From NCBI GenBank assembly GCA_015063385.1, contig SVUG01000005.1, forward strand, positions 5,043-69,042: 64,000 nt of DNA, read 5' to 3'. The position numbers and the translations under genes were made by a program. Below, one piece after another: positions 17,107 through 25,548 of this stretch (within the stretch, counting starts at the first letter, position 1; each line of letters opens with the position of its first letter). Under the pieces are notes generated by a model that worked only from the letters and a program-made list of their open reading frames with translations, was not told where the DNA came from and did no database searches. The DNA is from Oscillospiraceae bacterium (GTDB taxonomy: Bacteria; Bacillota; Clostridia; Oscillospirales; CAG-272).

Positions 17107-20100
17107 TTAAACTAGCTTTACGATAACGGTTTTGTCACCGTTAATTATGATTTCATTGTTTTCTTTTGTTAAAAGGTCGGAATCTATCGTCAGCATCAGA
17201 TTCTCTACCTCATATTCCTCTGCGGTGAGCTGCCGGCCGTTAAGAACGACCGAATCCACCTTTACGTTTCCTAAATAGATAACCGCATTACAGCCCTTTT
17301 GAATGGTTATATCCTTTAGTGCCGTTGTCGTGGTGGCTGTCACGTTTACCGTAAACTCGTATGCACTCGCACCGCCGACAGCCTTAAAGGTATACGTTCC
17401 AACGGGTAAAAGCTCAAAGTATGCGGCGTCAATTACAAGATTTCTGCCGTTGCTCTTATAGAACGCTCCGTCAACCTTCGTGTTGGCAAGCGTCTTATTG
17501 TAAAGCGAGGTTATCACCTGATTGGAGTCACCCGCAACGGTCAAGCTGCCCGTACCGTTATATGAATATTGGTCGTTGAAGTTAACCACCGACTTAAAGG
17601 TCGCCTTGCCCGAGAAGACGTTAAGACCGAACAGACCCTCGGTTGGTTCTTTCTCGCCCAGAACGGCGTCAATAGCAAGATTGCCGTTGATATAAGCCTT
17701 AACACTAGTACCCTTGGCCTCTACTCTTAAAACCACGTTGCTCGTGTTAACGCCGTGAGCGCTCGCTCTGCCGAGTTCTTTGTTGTGTGACCACATCTTA
17801 ACGATTTTTTCATTGTTGTCGTAGTTGAAGATGATATATTCGCTCATATCCTCGTTTGCTCTGAAGATAAACGCAGCGGCAACCGCCTCGAGCGAGAAGG
17901 ATACCGAGCAGTTAAAATCAGCCGCACTTTGACTTGAGAGAATATATCCGTCGCCTGCGGGGCTATTAGCAATTATTTCCGTGCCCTTGGCAATCCAATC
18001 TCCCGATATAATTCCGTCCGAGCTGAAAGTAAGGTCGCTTTCGGGAGAGCCCTTATAAACTGTAATCTCTACTATCCTTTTCTGATTACCGCAGGTTGCA
18101 AGCAGAGCTGCTTTACCAACTCCAAGAGCCTTTACTATAACTCCGCCGGTTGTGTTTTCGAGCGAAACAAGCGACTTTCCGCTTACTATCTCCCAGGTGA
18201 TTGCCTCGCCTGAGGTTGAATATGCGGTTATCTGCTTTTCCTTGGTAATAGAGGTGTCAAGCTCGACTGCCTCATCGCTGATATACAGAACGGTTTCGCC
18301 CTCTATGCTTGTTCCGTCGCGCCATACCGACGCGATTTCGTTGAGCATAAGCTTTTCAACAGTCACCTCACCGCCAACCGACAATTCCGCCTTTACGGAA
18401 TAGGGCGACGCCAGGGTTAAGAGGTAGAACGGAATTTTGAAATCATCACAGAATACCTCTACACCGCCGTTGTCGGAGAGAATATAGAAGCTCTGAGAGC
18501 CGAAGCTTCTCGCGCCGGAAGTATATCTGAAGCGATAATCCTTAATATTTAGTCCGGCAGAGGAGGTGAATCTTCTGTCTACAAAGTATCCCTCTTCCTC
18601 ATTCCAGCCGATTTCGGTATATTCGTCCTCGCCCACGTTAATCTTGATGGAGATGGGCTCGTTGTTCGGGTTGTCAATGCTAAGAAGCATTTCAAATATA
18701 TGTGTATTTACGTCTTTAAGGAGATTTTCGCTCGACTGATTAACGGTTGCGTTGTTTATATCGAGCAGATTTTCCTTCGTAAATGCCGTGCTGTCCTTTA
18801 CAACGGGTGTCTGGGTTAAAATGTATCCGTCACCCTCGCTAGCCAAGCCCAGAACAACGGGTATTGTCATACCGCTTCCGTTCCAGACCTTTCTTGCATT
18901 CGCATAAATACCGCTGTCGGTATCTGCGGGGACGCCTGCAAACCAGCTGATAGATACCGTTTTTCCGAAATAGTCGCTCTCGGAATCTCTTATGCTGAAG
19001 CTCTGCGTTGCGTACGAGTCGGTTCCGAAATCCATCTTCTGGAAATCGCTCTCGTCAATCGCACCGCCGTCCTTGTCGGTAAAGGTGATGGTATTTCCAT
19101 CGTAAACCATTTTACCAACTATGTATTCTCTTGCGGTAAGAGTAAGAACTGTGTAAATTTCACCGTCGTCTGCCGTCAGGGTGATAACGTCGGGGCACTC
19201 GGGTGCGTCCGCACCGAACTGACCTGCATAAGACCAATCAAGAAGGTTAGTGGATTTCATAAACCAAACCTTGTTTTCCTGCTGACCTGTCACTACCATG
19301 CCCCAGGCGGTTGTTTTACCGTTCTCATCAAATGCAACGGGGAATACCTTCGGGTCACGGCAGGCAACCTTATAGAAGATGCCGTCTTCACCGGTTGCAA
19401 TATCCTGGGGAATCATCTTACGCTTCGTCCAGGTCATACCGCCGTCGTCACTTGACATAATCATCTGGTCCTGTCTTCCGCCGTCACGGGTATAGAAGGC
19501 GATAATTCCGTTGCCCTCTCCGTTCGGGAACCAGTTGAGTGCATCTATTGCGTCGCTGTCGCCCGCTCTGTACTCGTAAGCAGAGCCGGACCACATATAG
19601 CCTACGCCCTCGCCCCAATCTTCATCGGGGAAAAGACATATGGGAAGAAGCTCCCAGTGAGCGAGGTCGCGGCTTCTTGCGTGTCCCCAATACATATCGC
19701 CCCAATAGTTGTTATAGGGGTGGTGCTGATAGTAGAGGTGATAATAGCCGTCGTAATAAATCAGACCGTTGGGGTCGTTATTCCAGTGTGCATACTGTGA
19801 GAAATGATACTGATTACGGTAAAGCTCGGTGTAATAGGAATAGTCGCTCTTGCCGTAATAAATATCTGCGAATTTAACCTTTGAGCTAAAGCAGTTAAAT
19901 CCGACAAATCCGCCGCCGTAGGATACCTCCTCGGGAAGCTTTTCCAGGGCGTTAAGGTCAATAGTGTTATCAATGCCGAATCTACGGATATTATCCGCAT
20001 AGAATTCCGCATAAACGGAATCACCGTCGGGAGTTATAACAACCTTAAGCTGAACCTTCTCAACACCTGCAACCCTTGAGCCGACTATGCGCTTTTCGCT

Positions 20101-20637
20101 ATCGGTCATTTTATCGTTTCCGATAAAGTAGTCGGTAAGAAGCTCTACCGCTGAAGTATTGCCGTCCTCTACGGTGAAGTAAATCAGCTTTACAAGGTTA
20201 GCCGCTCTGTCTACGTTGAATACCCAGTAGTGCGAGCCGTCCTCCGAGCCGAATGCAAGTCCTGCCGCTACACCGTTTTCAAAAGACACGGTTGCAGTAT
20301 AAACGAACTTATCCTCTGCACCGTACTCGGTTTCAAGAAGAGTAAAGCTGTCGGAGGAGTTTTCCATACTAACCGTCTGGTTAGTAGTTTCATATTGCGT
20401 GATATCAGTGAAAATATCACCGCCGTTTCCGGATCCCTCGCCCCCGTTATTATCCGTTGTACCTCCGGGAGTGGTTTCGGTAGAGGAAGAGCCGCCTCCG
20501 CCGTTGCCCGTTTCTGTGTCGTTGCCCGCATCGCCGCCGGAAGCTTCAGGCGACTTCGGGGTGCAGGAAGCGAACGATACCAACAGGCTCAAAAGGGTAA
20601 TCAATGCCACAATTGAAGTATATACGCGCTTTTTCAT
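17107..20637 (-). CDS. large cell-surface lipoprotein GH32 fructanase with CBM66-like/DUF1080-like modules and a Big_2 domain
   Basis: 1176 aa with lipobox FASC and a G/T/S-rich linker. GH32 blocks HWNNDPNG, CRDPKVF and APECPDV. Ig-like ITAYSTSGEAITWEIVSGK...VKALGVGKAALLATCG. Lectin-like modules end GLFGLNVFSGKATFKSV and GFVGFNCFSSKVKFADI. Confidence 0.9.
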   Translation of the reverse strand: MKKRVYTSIVALITLLSLLVSFASCTPKSPEASGGDAGNDTETGNGGGGSSSTETTPGGTTDNNGGEGSGNGGDIFTDITQYETTNQTVSMENSSDSFTLLETEYGAEDKFVYTATVSFENGVAAGLAFGSEDGSHYWVFNVDRAANLVKLIYFTVEDGNTSAVELLTDYFIGNDKMTDSEKRIVGSRVAGVEKVQLKVVITPDGDSVYAEFYADNIRRFGIDNTIDLNALEKLPEEVSYGGGFVGFNCFSSKVKFADIYYGKSDYSYYTELYRNQYHFSQYAHWNNDPNGLIYYDGYYHLYYQHHPYNNYWGDMYWGHARSRDLAHWELLPICLFPDEDWGEGVGYMWSGSAYEYRAGDSDAIDALNWFPNGEGNGIIAFYTRDGGRQDQMIMSSDDGGMTWTKRKMIPQDIATGEDGIFYKVACRDPKVFPVAFDENGKTTAWGMVVTGQQENKVWFMKSTNLLDWSYAGQFGADAPECPDVITLTADDGEIYTVLTLTAREYIVGKMVYDGNTITFTDKDGGAIDESDFQKMDFGTDSYATQSFSIRDSESDYFGKTVSISWFAGVPADTDSGIYANARKVWNGSGMTIPVVLGLASEGDGYILTQTPVVKDSTAFTKENLLDINNATVNQSSENLLKDVNTHIFEMLLSIDNPNNEPISIKINVGEDEYTEIGWNEEEGYFVDRRFTSSAGLNIKDYRFRYTSGARSFGSQSFYILSDNGGVEVFCDDFKIPFYLLTLASPYSVKAELSVGGEVTVEKLMLNEIASVWRDGTSIEGETVLYISDEAVELDTSITKEKQITAYSTSGEAITWEIVSGKSLVSLENTTGGVIVKALGVGKAALLATCGNQKRIVEITVYKGSPESDLTFSSDGIISGDWIAKGTEIIANSPAGDGYILSSQSAADFNCSVSFSLEAVAAAFIFRANEDMSEYIIFNYDNNEKIVKMWSHNKELGRASAHGVNTSNVVLRVEAKGTSVKAYINGNLAIDAVLGEKEPTEGLFGLNVFSGKATFKSVVNFNDQYSYNGTGSLTVAGDSNQVITSLYNKTLANTKVDGAFYKSNGRNLVIDAAYFELLPVGTYTFKAVGGASAYEFTVNVTATTTTALKDITIQKGCNAVIYLGNVKVDSVVLNGRQLTAEEYEVENLMLTIDSDLLTKENNEIIINGDKTVIVKLV

Positions 20638-20650
20638 TAGTTTTCCTTTC

Positions 20651-21556
20651 CTATATATTGATATATTTATTTATAGTATCTAAATCAGGCAGGTTATCTA
20701 TCGCACCGCGGCCCGTGGTATTCAGCGCACCTGCTACGTTGCCGAATCTTAACGAGTCGTTCAGCACCTGCTCGGTAAGAGGTTTTCCTACATATTTATC
20801 TATAACAGATAGCGCTCCTGCAAAGAACGCGTCACCCGCACCCGTAGTATCTATCGGATTAACCGTAATGGTGGGGATTCTGTTGCTTTTTCCTTTATAT
20901 CTCCATTCGCTGCCGTCTTTGCCCAAGGTTATCAAAACCAATTTGTCACTTAACGAATTCACGTAATCCTGTGTAAAGGTTTCAACCTCATCCTCGGAAA
21001 ATTTAACGATATCCGCGACCGCCAAAACCTTTTTATAGGTTTGCACGGCGCTTTCCTTATCTCTAAAAATATCGGTGCGGTAATTGACGTCAAAGGCAAC
21101 CGTTTTACCAAACCCATGCGCGCGTTCGATTATATCAAGTGCGTACTTAACACAATCTGAATCCGCCAGCATAAGAGAGCCCATGCATATAATATCAGCT
21201 GATTTTATAAGCTCGTCGCTAACGCGCGGCATATAATAATCTGCCGTGTTTTTGCGGTAAAAGCAGAAGGACCTCTCCCCCTCCTCGTTCAGCTCGACGA
21301 ATGCGAGAGTGGTATTACGCTCGGTGTTCTCCTGAATGTGGGTGACGTCCATGCCAAAATCTTTGGCATATTTTATTAAAAACCGACCTATTAAGTCGTC
21401 GCCGACGCTTCCGACGAATTTAACGTCCGCGCCAAACTTTTTCAGCGCACATGCAACGTTAAACGGAGCGCCGCCGGCTTTCCTTTCATATGTAGTAATT
21501 CCGTTTTTTTCCTCGCCAATCATATCGGCAAGGATTTCACCAATACAAACTAACAA
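20651..21556 (-). CDS. PfkB-family sugar kinase, probable fructokinase
   Basis: Motifs GGAPFNVA and DTTGAGDAF. I prefer the TTG at 21556 (GGAGG 6 nt upstream, giving MLVCIGEILADMIG) over the track start at 21577. Confidence 0.85.
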   Translation of the reverse strand: MLVCIGEILADMIGEEKNGITTYERKAGGAPFNVACALKKFGADVKFVGSVGDDLIGRFLIKYAKDFGMDVTHIQENTERNTTLAFVELNEEGERSFCFYRKNTADYYMPRVSDELIKSADIICMGSLMLADSDCVKYALDIIERAHGFGKTVAFDVNYRTDIFRDKESAVQTYKKVLAVADIVKFSEDEVETFTQDYVNSLSDKLVLITLGKDGSEWRYKGKSNRIPTITVNPIDTTGAGDAFFAGALSVIDKYVGKPLTEQVLNDSLRFGNVAGALNTTGRGAIDNLPDLDTINKYINI

Positions 21557-21557
21557 T

Positions 21558-22883
21558 TTAAACCTCCGTTTGTTCAACCTCTCGATTTTCTGATTGTAAT
21601 TTATATAGCTTGTTTTCCTTTATCGCAAATATTACAGAGCGAATCACAAGCGCCGCGAAGAACAGCACCAGCGGCAAAGCGTTAATCATGCTGCCCTGAA
21701 CGAAGAACATCGTTATCACCGTAAGAGCAACAGATATTGCGCCCGAAAACCATGAGTACGACCCGACGATCTTGAGCATCGCACCTAGAGTGGCTATGCT
21801 TTCCACGTTGCAAAGCTTTAGTATCGAATAAGCCAAAAGCGTCGCAACCATAAGCATAAGAGCGATAAACGGCGCGAGCGATAATACGTTCATAAGGTAG
21901 GCATAAGCATTTAAAAGCCAATTAGCCTTATAAGAATTCTTGATGAAGGTGTCTGCCGCTCTATTTGCCTCGTCCCCCGTAGCGCCCGATGCAACCAATG
22001 CACCGTTTTCAAGTCCGCTGTAAAAGCCGTAGAACGAAACGTCTATTCCGCTTTTCGTCTCAAAAGAGCCCGTCATATAATCATCAAATATGAATAAATA
22101 GTTCTTAATTCCCTTGCTTATATATTGATGATAATAGTAATTTCGAAGAAGCGGTACATCCGACGTGCTCTCGTATTCTGTTATCTCAGGGTAGTAATTT
22201 GTAAAGTATAGTTTGTAAATTTCGCTATTATACTCTGATTTTGTAATTTTGCTTTCGCTAAGGTCGCTCGCTAATTTTTCGGTCTTGGCTTTGTTTTCAT
22301 CACTCAGTCCGTCTACGTACGCCCTGTAATTCTTGACCGTCTCGTCACTCAGCACAAGTGCGTTTCCCGTATAGCATAATTTGAAATCAAAGTTAAGTCT
22401 TGCGACCTCACTCAAAGTAAGATATTCCTGATATGTGATGACGGTGTTTTTGCCGTCGTTAGAGACGCAATATGCCTCAACCTCGGCAAGCGTGCCGGCA
22501 GGACGCGTGTCAACAACCACGTTATAACCGTTTACCGAATATGTTTGTTTATCGGCATCGCTTACAAAGGTGTTTACCAAAAGACTTTGCGTGTATTCAC
22601 CGCCCTGCGTTTTCAGCTTCAGCACACCATTTTCTATTTCTGCATCAATACGCTTGTCGACATCGGCGTTAGCAAGCACCGCGCGGGCGGTCGCCGTAAA
22701 ATCGGGAGAATTTCCGTAATGAACGAAGAAAGGCAAGGTTGCTCCGCAGGTAAATCCCGCAAACAAAAATAGCAGAACTAAAAGGAATGATAAAAAAACG
22801 TTAGTATAGCTACGCTTTACGCTTTCCTTTGAGATGCTATGTGAGAAAAAGCTAAGGTAGAAAAATTTAAACCACTTTTTCAT
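21558..22883 (-). CDS. membrane protein, DUF1189-like ends with a large extracytoplasmic insert
   Basis: 441 aa. The N-terminus MKKWFKFFYLSFFSHSISKESVKRSYTNVFLSFLLVLLFLF recalls DUF1189 (MalA-type) proteins. One N-terminal TM, a roughly 270-aa soluble region, then about 4 C-terminal TMs. The family call is from memory. Confidence 0.6.
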   Translation of the reverse strand: MKKWFKFFYLSFFSHSISKESVKRSYTNVFLSFLLVLLFLFAGFTCGATLPFFVHYGNSPDFTATARAVLANADVDKRIDAEIENGVLKLKTQGGEYTQSLLVNTFVSDADKQTYSVNGYNVVVDTRPAGTLAEVEAYCVSNDGKNTVITYQEYLTLSEVARLNFDFKLCYTGNALVLSDETVKNYRAYVDGLSDENKAKTEKLASDLSESKITKSEYNSEIYKLYFTNYYPEITEYESTSDVPLLRNYYYHQYISKGIKNYLFIFDDYMTGSFETKSGIDVSFYGFYSGLENGALVASGATGDEANRAADTFIKNSYKANWLLNAYAYLMNVLSLAPFIALMLMVATLLAYSILKLCNVESIATLGAMLKIVGSYSWFSGAISVALTVITMFFVQGSMINALPLVLFFAALVIRSVIFAIKENKLYKLQSENREVEQTEV

Positions 22884-22886
22884 AAA

Positions 22887-24335
22887 TTACTTATTTCCGT
22901 ATTCTCTCGACATAATCGAGAGTTCTGTTTCCTTATCGAAAAGATGCACGAACTTTTCCATAAATTTAATATTAACGGCGTCACCGGGCATCAAATCGTT
23001 TCTCTCGGGCACGCTTACTATAAAGTCACTGCCCTTTTCTTCCAAGCGAAGAAACAGCTGAGTGGTGTTGCCGAGAACCTCTTTAATGCTAAGCGTCGCT
23101 TTAATTCCCGACTCGTCAAGCTTCACGTTCTCACCTCTTACACCGAGATAGACGCTGTGAGAGTTGCCGTCGAGATATTCATCCTGTATAGTACGAAGCT
23201 CTGAAAGAGCAAGTCTAACAGACTGACCGTCCTTAAAGGTGACGTTAAGATTATCACTTTCACGCTTTATATCAACCTCGAAGAAGTTCATCTGAGGCGT
23301 GCCTATAAAGCCTGCTACAAACTTGTTTTCAGGATAGTCGAACAGGTTTGTTGGCGTATCTATCTGCTGAATAACGCCAAGCTTCATTACCACTATTCGA
23401 GTACCCATGGTCATGGCTTCTATCTGGTCGTGAGTGACGTAGATAAACGTAGTTTTCAGCTGGTTATGTAGCTTAACGATTTCTGCTCTCATCGCAGTTC
23501 TAAGCTTCGCATCAAGGTTAGATAGAGGCTCATCAAGCAGGAAAACCTTTGGTCCGCGTACCATTGCACGACCAAGCGCTATACGCTGACGCTGACCGCC
23601 GGACATTTCCGCAGGCTTGGAATCAAGCAGCTCCTCAATTCCCAAAATATCTGCTGCCCACTTTACCTTTTCATCAATCTCCTGCTTGCTCATGTGAACG
23701 TAGTTGTAAAGCGGCACGGGTGTGTTCTGATAATGCTCGAGCTCACGCTCTGCGCTCTCTATACGTTTTTCAAGTAATGCTTTTTTCTCTGTATAGTAAG
23801 CACGGTCGCTCTCGTTTGGCTCTGCTGCACTATTGCATTTTTCAATATCCTTTGCCAAGGACTCGTTTTGCTTACGAAGCTTTTTAAGCTTCTTGTTTAT
23901 TTCAGCAATTTTCTTGTTATCAATCGCGATTATCTGCTCACCCTGCTTGTCAAGCTTCGGTGTGGGTATTTTGCGCATCTTAAGACCGAATGCAATGTTG
24001 TCGTAAGCCGTAAGATGAGGATAGAGCGCATAACTCTGGAAAACCATCGCAATGTCTCTGTCTTTTGCGTCGACGTCATTAACGAGCTGATCGTCTATAT
24101 AAAGCTCGCCGCCGCTTATCTCCTCCAGGCCTGCAATCATTCGCAGAGTGGTTGACTTACCGCAGCCCGACGGTCCGACGAATACGATGAACTCGCCGTC
24201 GTTAATTTCCATATTGAAATCTTTGACTGCAACGAAATCGCCGCTTCGCTTTTTCGATTCGCCCTTGGCATTCTTTTTAGCCTTGCCAACGCCTGCGTAC
24301 ACTTTGTAAACGTGTCTTAATAATAAATTAGCCAT
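22887..24335 (-). CDS. sugar ABC transporter ATP-binding protein (MsmK/UgpC type) with a roughly 90-aa charged helical insertion
   Basis: Walker A GPSGCGKST, signature MSGGQRQR, Walker B VFLLDEP, and a C-terminal MalK-type regulatory domain. Start set at ATG 24335 (MANLLLRHVYKVY). Confidence 0.9.
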   Translation of the reverse strand: MANLLLRHVYKVYAGVGKAKKNAKGESKKRSGDFVAVKDFNMEINDGEFIVFVGPSGCGKSTTLRMIAGLEEISGGELYIDDQLVNDVDAKDRDIAMVFQSYALYPHLTAYDNIAFGLKMRKIPTPKLDKQGEQIIAIDNKKIAEINKKLKKLRKQNESLAKDIEKCNSAAEPNESDRAYYTEKKALLEKRIESAERELEHYQNTPVPLYNYVHMSKQEIDEKVKWAADILGIEELLDSKPAEMSGGQRQRIALGRAMVRGPKVFLLDEPLSNLDAKLRTAMRAEIVKLHNQLKTTFIYVTHDQIEAMTMGTRIVVMKLGVIQQIDTPTNLFDYPENKFVAGFIGTPQMNFFEVDIKRESDNLNVTFKDGQSVRLALSELRTIQDEYLDGNSHSVYLGVRGENVKLDESGIKATLSIKEVLGNTTQLFLRLEEKGSDFIVSVPERNDLMPGDAVNIKFMEKFVHLFDKETELSIMSREYGNK

Positions 24336-24410
24336 AAACGACTTCCCCTTTTTACTAATAACTGTCAATTACACTTAATGTATGTATAAAAAACAACAAG
24401 TTAAGCGTTT

Positions 24411-24426
24411 TTGGAAAGGTTTCCAA
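24411..24426. promoter_or_regulatory. palindromic operator candidate O1 (TTGGAAAGGTTTCCAA)
   Basis: 7+7 perfect inverted repeat, 5 nt downstream of the -10 box of the operon promoter. Confidence 0.55.
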
Positions 24427-24430
24427 TATC

Positions 24431-24459
24431 ATTATACACCAAAGAAATCAATAATGCAA
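24431..24459 (-). promoter_or_regulatory. sigma-A type promoter of the fructan operon
   Basis: Minus-strand TTGCAT (24459..24454), 17 nt spacer, TATAAT (24436..24431), about 95 nt upstream of the ATPase ATG. Confidence 0.65.
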
Positions 24460-24464
24460 GTGTT

Positions 24465-24482
24465 TTTGGAAAAGTTTCCAAA
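24465..24482. promoter_or_regulatory. palindromic operator candidate O2 (TTTGGAAAAGTTTCCAAA)
   Basis: 8+8 perfect inverted repeat, 5 nt upstream of the -35 box. It shares the 20-mer GTTTTTGGAAA[GA]GTTTCCAA with O1. Centres are 55 bp apart. Confidence 0.55.
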
Positions 24483-24850
24483 TTTTTTTGAATTTTTTTG
24501 TTTTTTATTAAAAATGCCTTTTCAAAAACCGCCCTTTTTAACCGTATAAACGCACTTCGCTTGGTTAAAAGCATACTGACAGGACTCTTTGCACGGAAAG
24601 AACGAGTTATAGTTTCCGCCCTCAAGCACAAAACAAGAAAAGCAAAAACCGCCCTGTAAAACAAGGCGATTTTTCTCGATATTTCTGCAATTATGTAAAG
24701 TTAAGTGGTCAAAAAATCATAAAAAGATAACGTTTTCTTATTCATACGATTTGAATGTGCGTTCGTTAATTGTATTATTTTTCGCCACACGATTGCGGTG
24801 GTTGCCTTGGCAAAGAGGCGGCAAAAAGTAATCACTGCCAGTTTTTACAC

Positions 24851-24879
24851 TTGAAAAGCCTGTGCTTTTATGGTATAAT
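24851..24879 (+). promoter_or_regulatory. strong sigma-A type promoter in front of a truncated gene
   Basis: TTGAAA (24851..24856), 17 nt spacer, TGgTATAAT (extended -10, 24871..24879). An AGGA RBS and ATG 24915 follow. Confidence 0.6.
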
Positions 24880-24914
24880 AAAACATCTTCTAACACGGCT
24901 AAAGGATACTAATT

Positions 24915-25073
24915 ATGGCATTACACGTAATGGACGAGGTCAACCGCTGCCTGCAATGTAAAAATCCACAGTGCGTAAAGGGTTGTCCTATACAAACACC
25001 TATTCCCGATATGTTCCGAGCAGTAAAACCGAAGGAACGAAATCCGTCACACGCGTGCGCTCTGCGTTTTTAG
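24915..25073 (+). pseudogene. 5' fragment of a GltD-type (glutamate synthase small subunit / NAD(P)H oxidoreductase) gene
   Basis: MALHVMDEVNRCLQCKNPQCVKGCPIQTPIPDMF carries the N-terminal C-x2-C-x4-C-x3-CP cluster motif of the family. Similarity ends near 25015, and the frame stops after 52 codons. Confidence 0.6.
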
Positions 25074-25293
25074 GAATCTTCGCCTTTTCTTTTCTGAATA
25101 AGAACGCAAGAATGAGGGCGGAAAGAACCGCGCCAAGCTCAACGGCAAAGAACATACCCGGTCTTCCCTTGTACCAGAAGAAATCCTTAACTCTCTGCCA
25201 CTGCTTCATTTTTGTTATAAACGCACTCGTCAAGACCGAAATAATCAGCATAATAATTGCCGATATAATGCTTGAGGGTGCGGAAAAATCCAT
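25000..25293 (-). CDS. small two-TM membrane protein (hypothetical, possibly itself a fragment)
   Basis: 97-aa ORF with two clear hydrophobic helices (IISAIIMLIISVLTSAFI, MFFAVELGAVLSALILAFLF). No convincing RBS. Its 3' end overlaps the GltD stub antisense. Confidence 0.35.
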   Translation of the reverse strand: MDFSAPSSIISAIIMLIISVLTSAFITKMKQWQRVKDFFWYKGRPGMFFAVELGAVLSALILAFLFRKEKAKIPKNAERTRVTDFVPSVLLLGTYRE

Positions 25294-25495
25294 ATCAAAG
25301 TATGGATACGTGAAGCTGTAGTTTATTATACCCTTTTTTATTCTTAATCATTATATCACATACTTGATTAAGATTCGGCAAATCATACCCAATTAAGATA
25401 CCTACTAATTATATCACATTTTTACAACAATTCAATATTTTTCCACGTTAGTATCGCACCGCCGTTTTTTAAGGTCAATCAGGGCTTTCTATCAC

Positions 25496-25537
25496 AAAAT
25501 GCCAAAGCCACTCGTTTTATCGCGGCTTTGGCATTTT
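25496..25537. terminator. bidirectional-type terminator after the DUF4091 gene
   Basis: 14-bp perfect stem AAAATGCCAAAGCC / GGCTTTGGCATTTT with a 14-nt loop. A/T runs form the stem ends. Confidence 0.7.
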
Positions 25538-25548
25538 CATCTTGTGTT

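Noticed and set aside
24401-24664. 87-aa minus-strand ORF upstream of the ABC ATPase gene.
   Set aside because: It spans the predicted promoter and both palindromic operators, has no RBS and has an implausible Arg/Lys/Phe-rich sequence. I treat the region as regulatory DNA.
24971-25321. 116-aa plus-strand ORF overlapping the small membrane ORF.
   Set aside because: The composition is not protein-like and there is no RBS. The opposite-strand ORF at least shows two clean TM helices, though it too is low confidence.
25350-25419. 12-nt direct repeat ATTATATCACAT (25350..25361 and 25408..25419) and TTAAGAT pairs in the AT-rich spacer.
   Set aside because: These are short, lie in AT-rich non-coding DNA and have no associated gene start. 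Chance or a degraded remnant cannot be excluded, but nothing supports a function.
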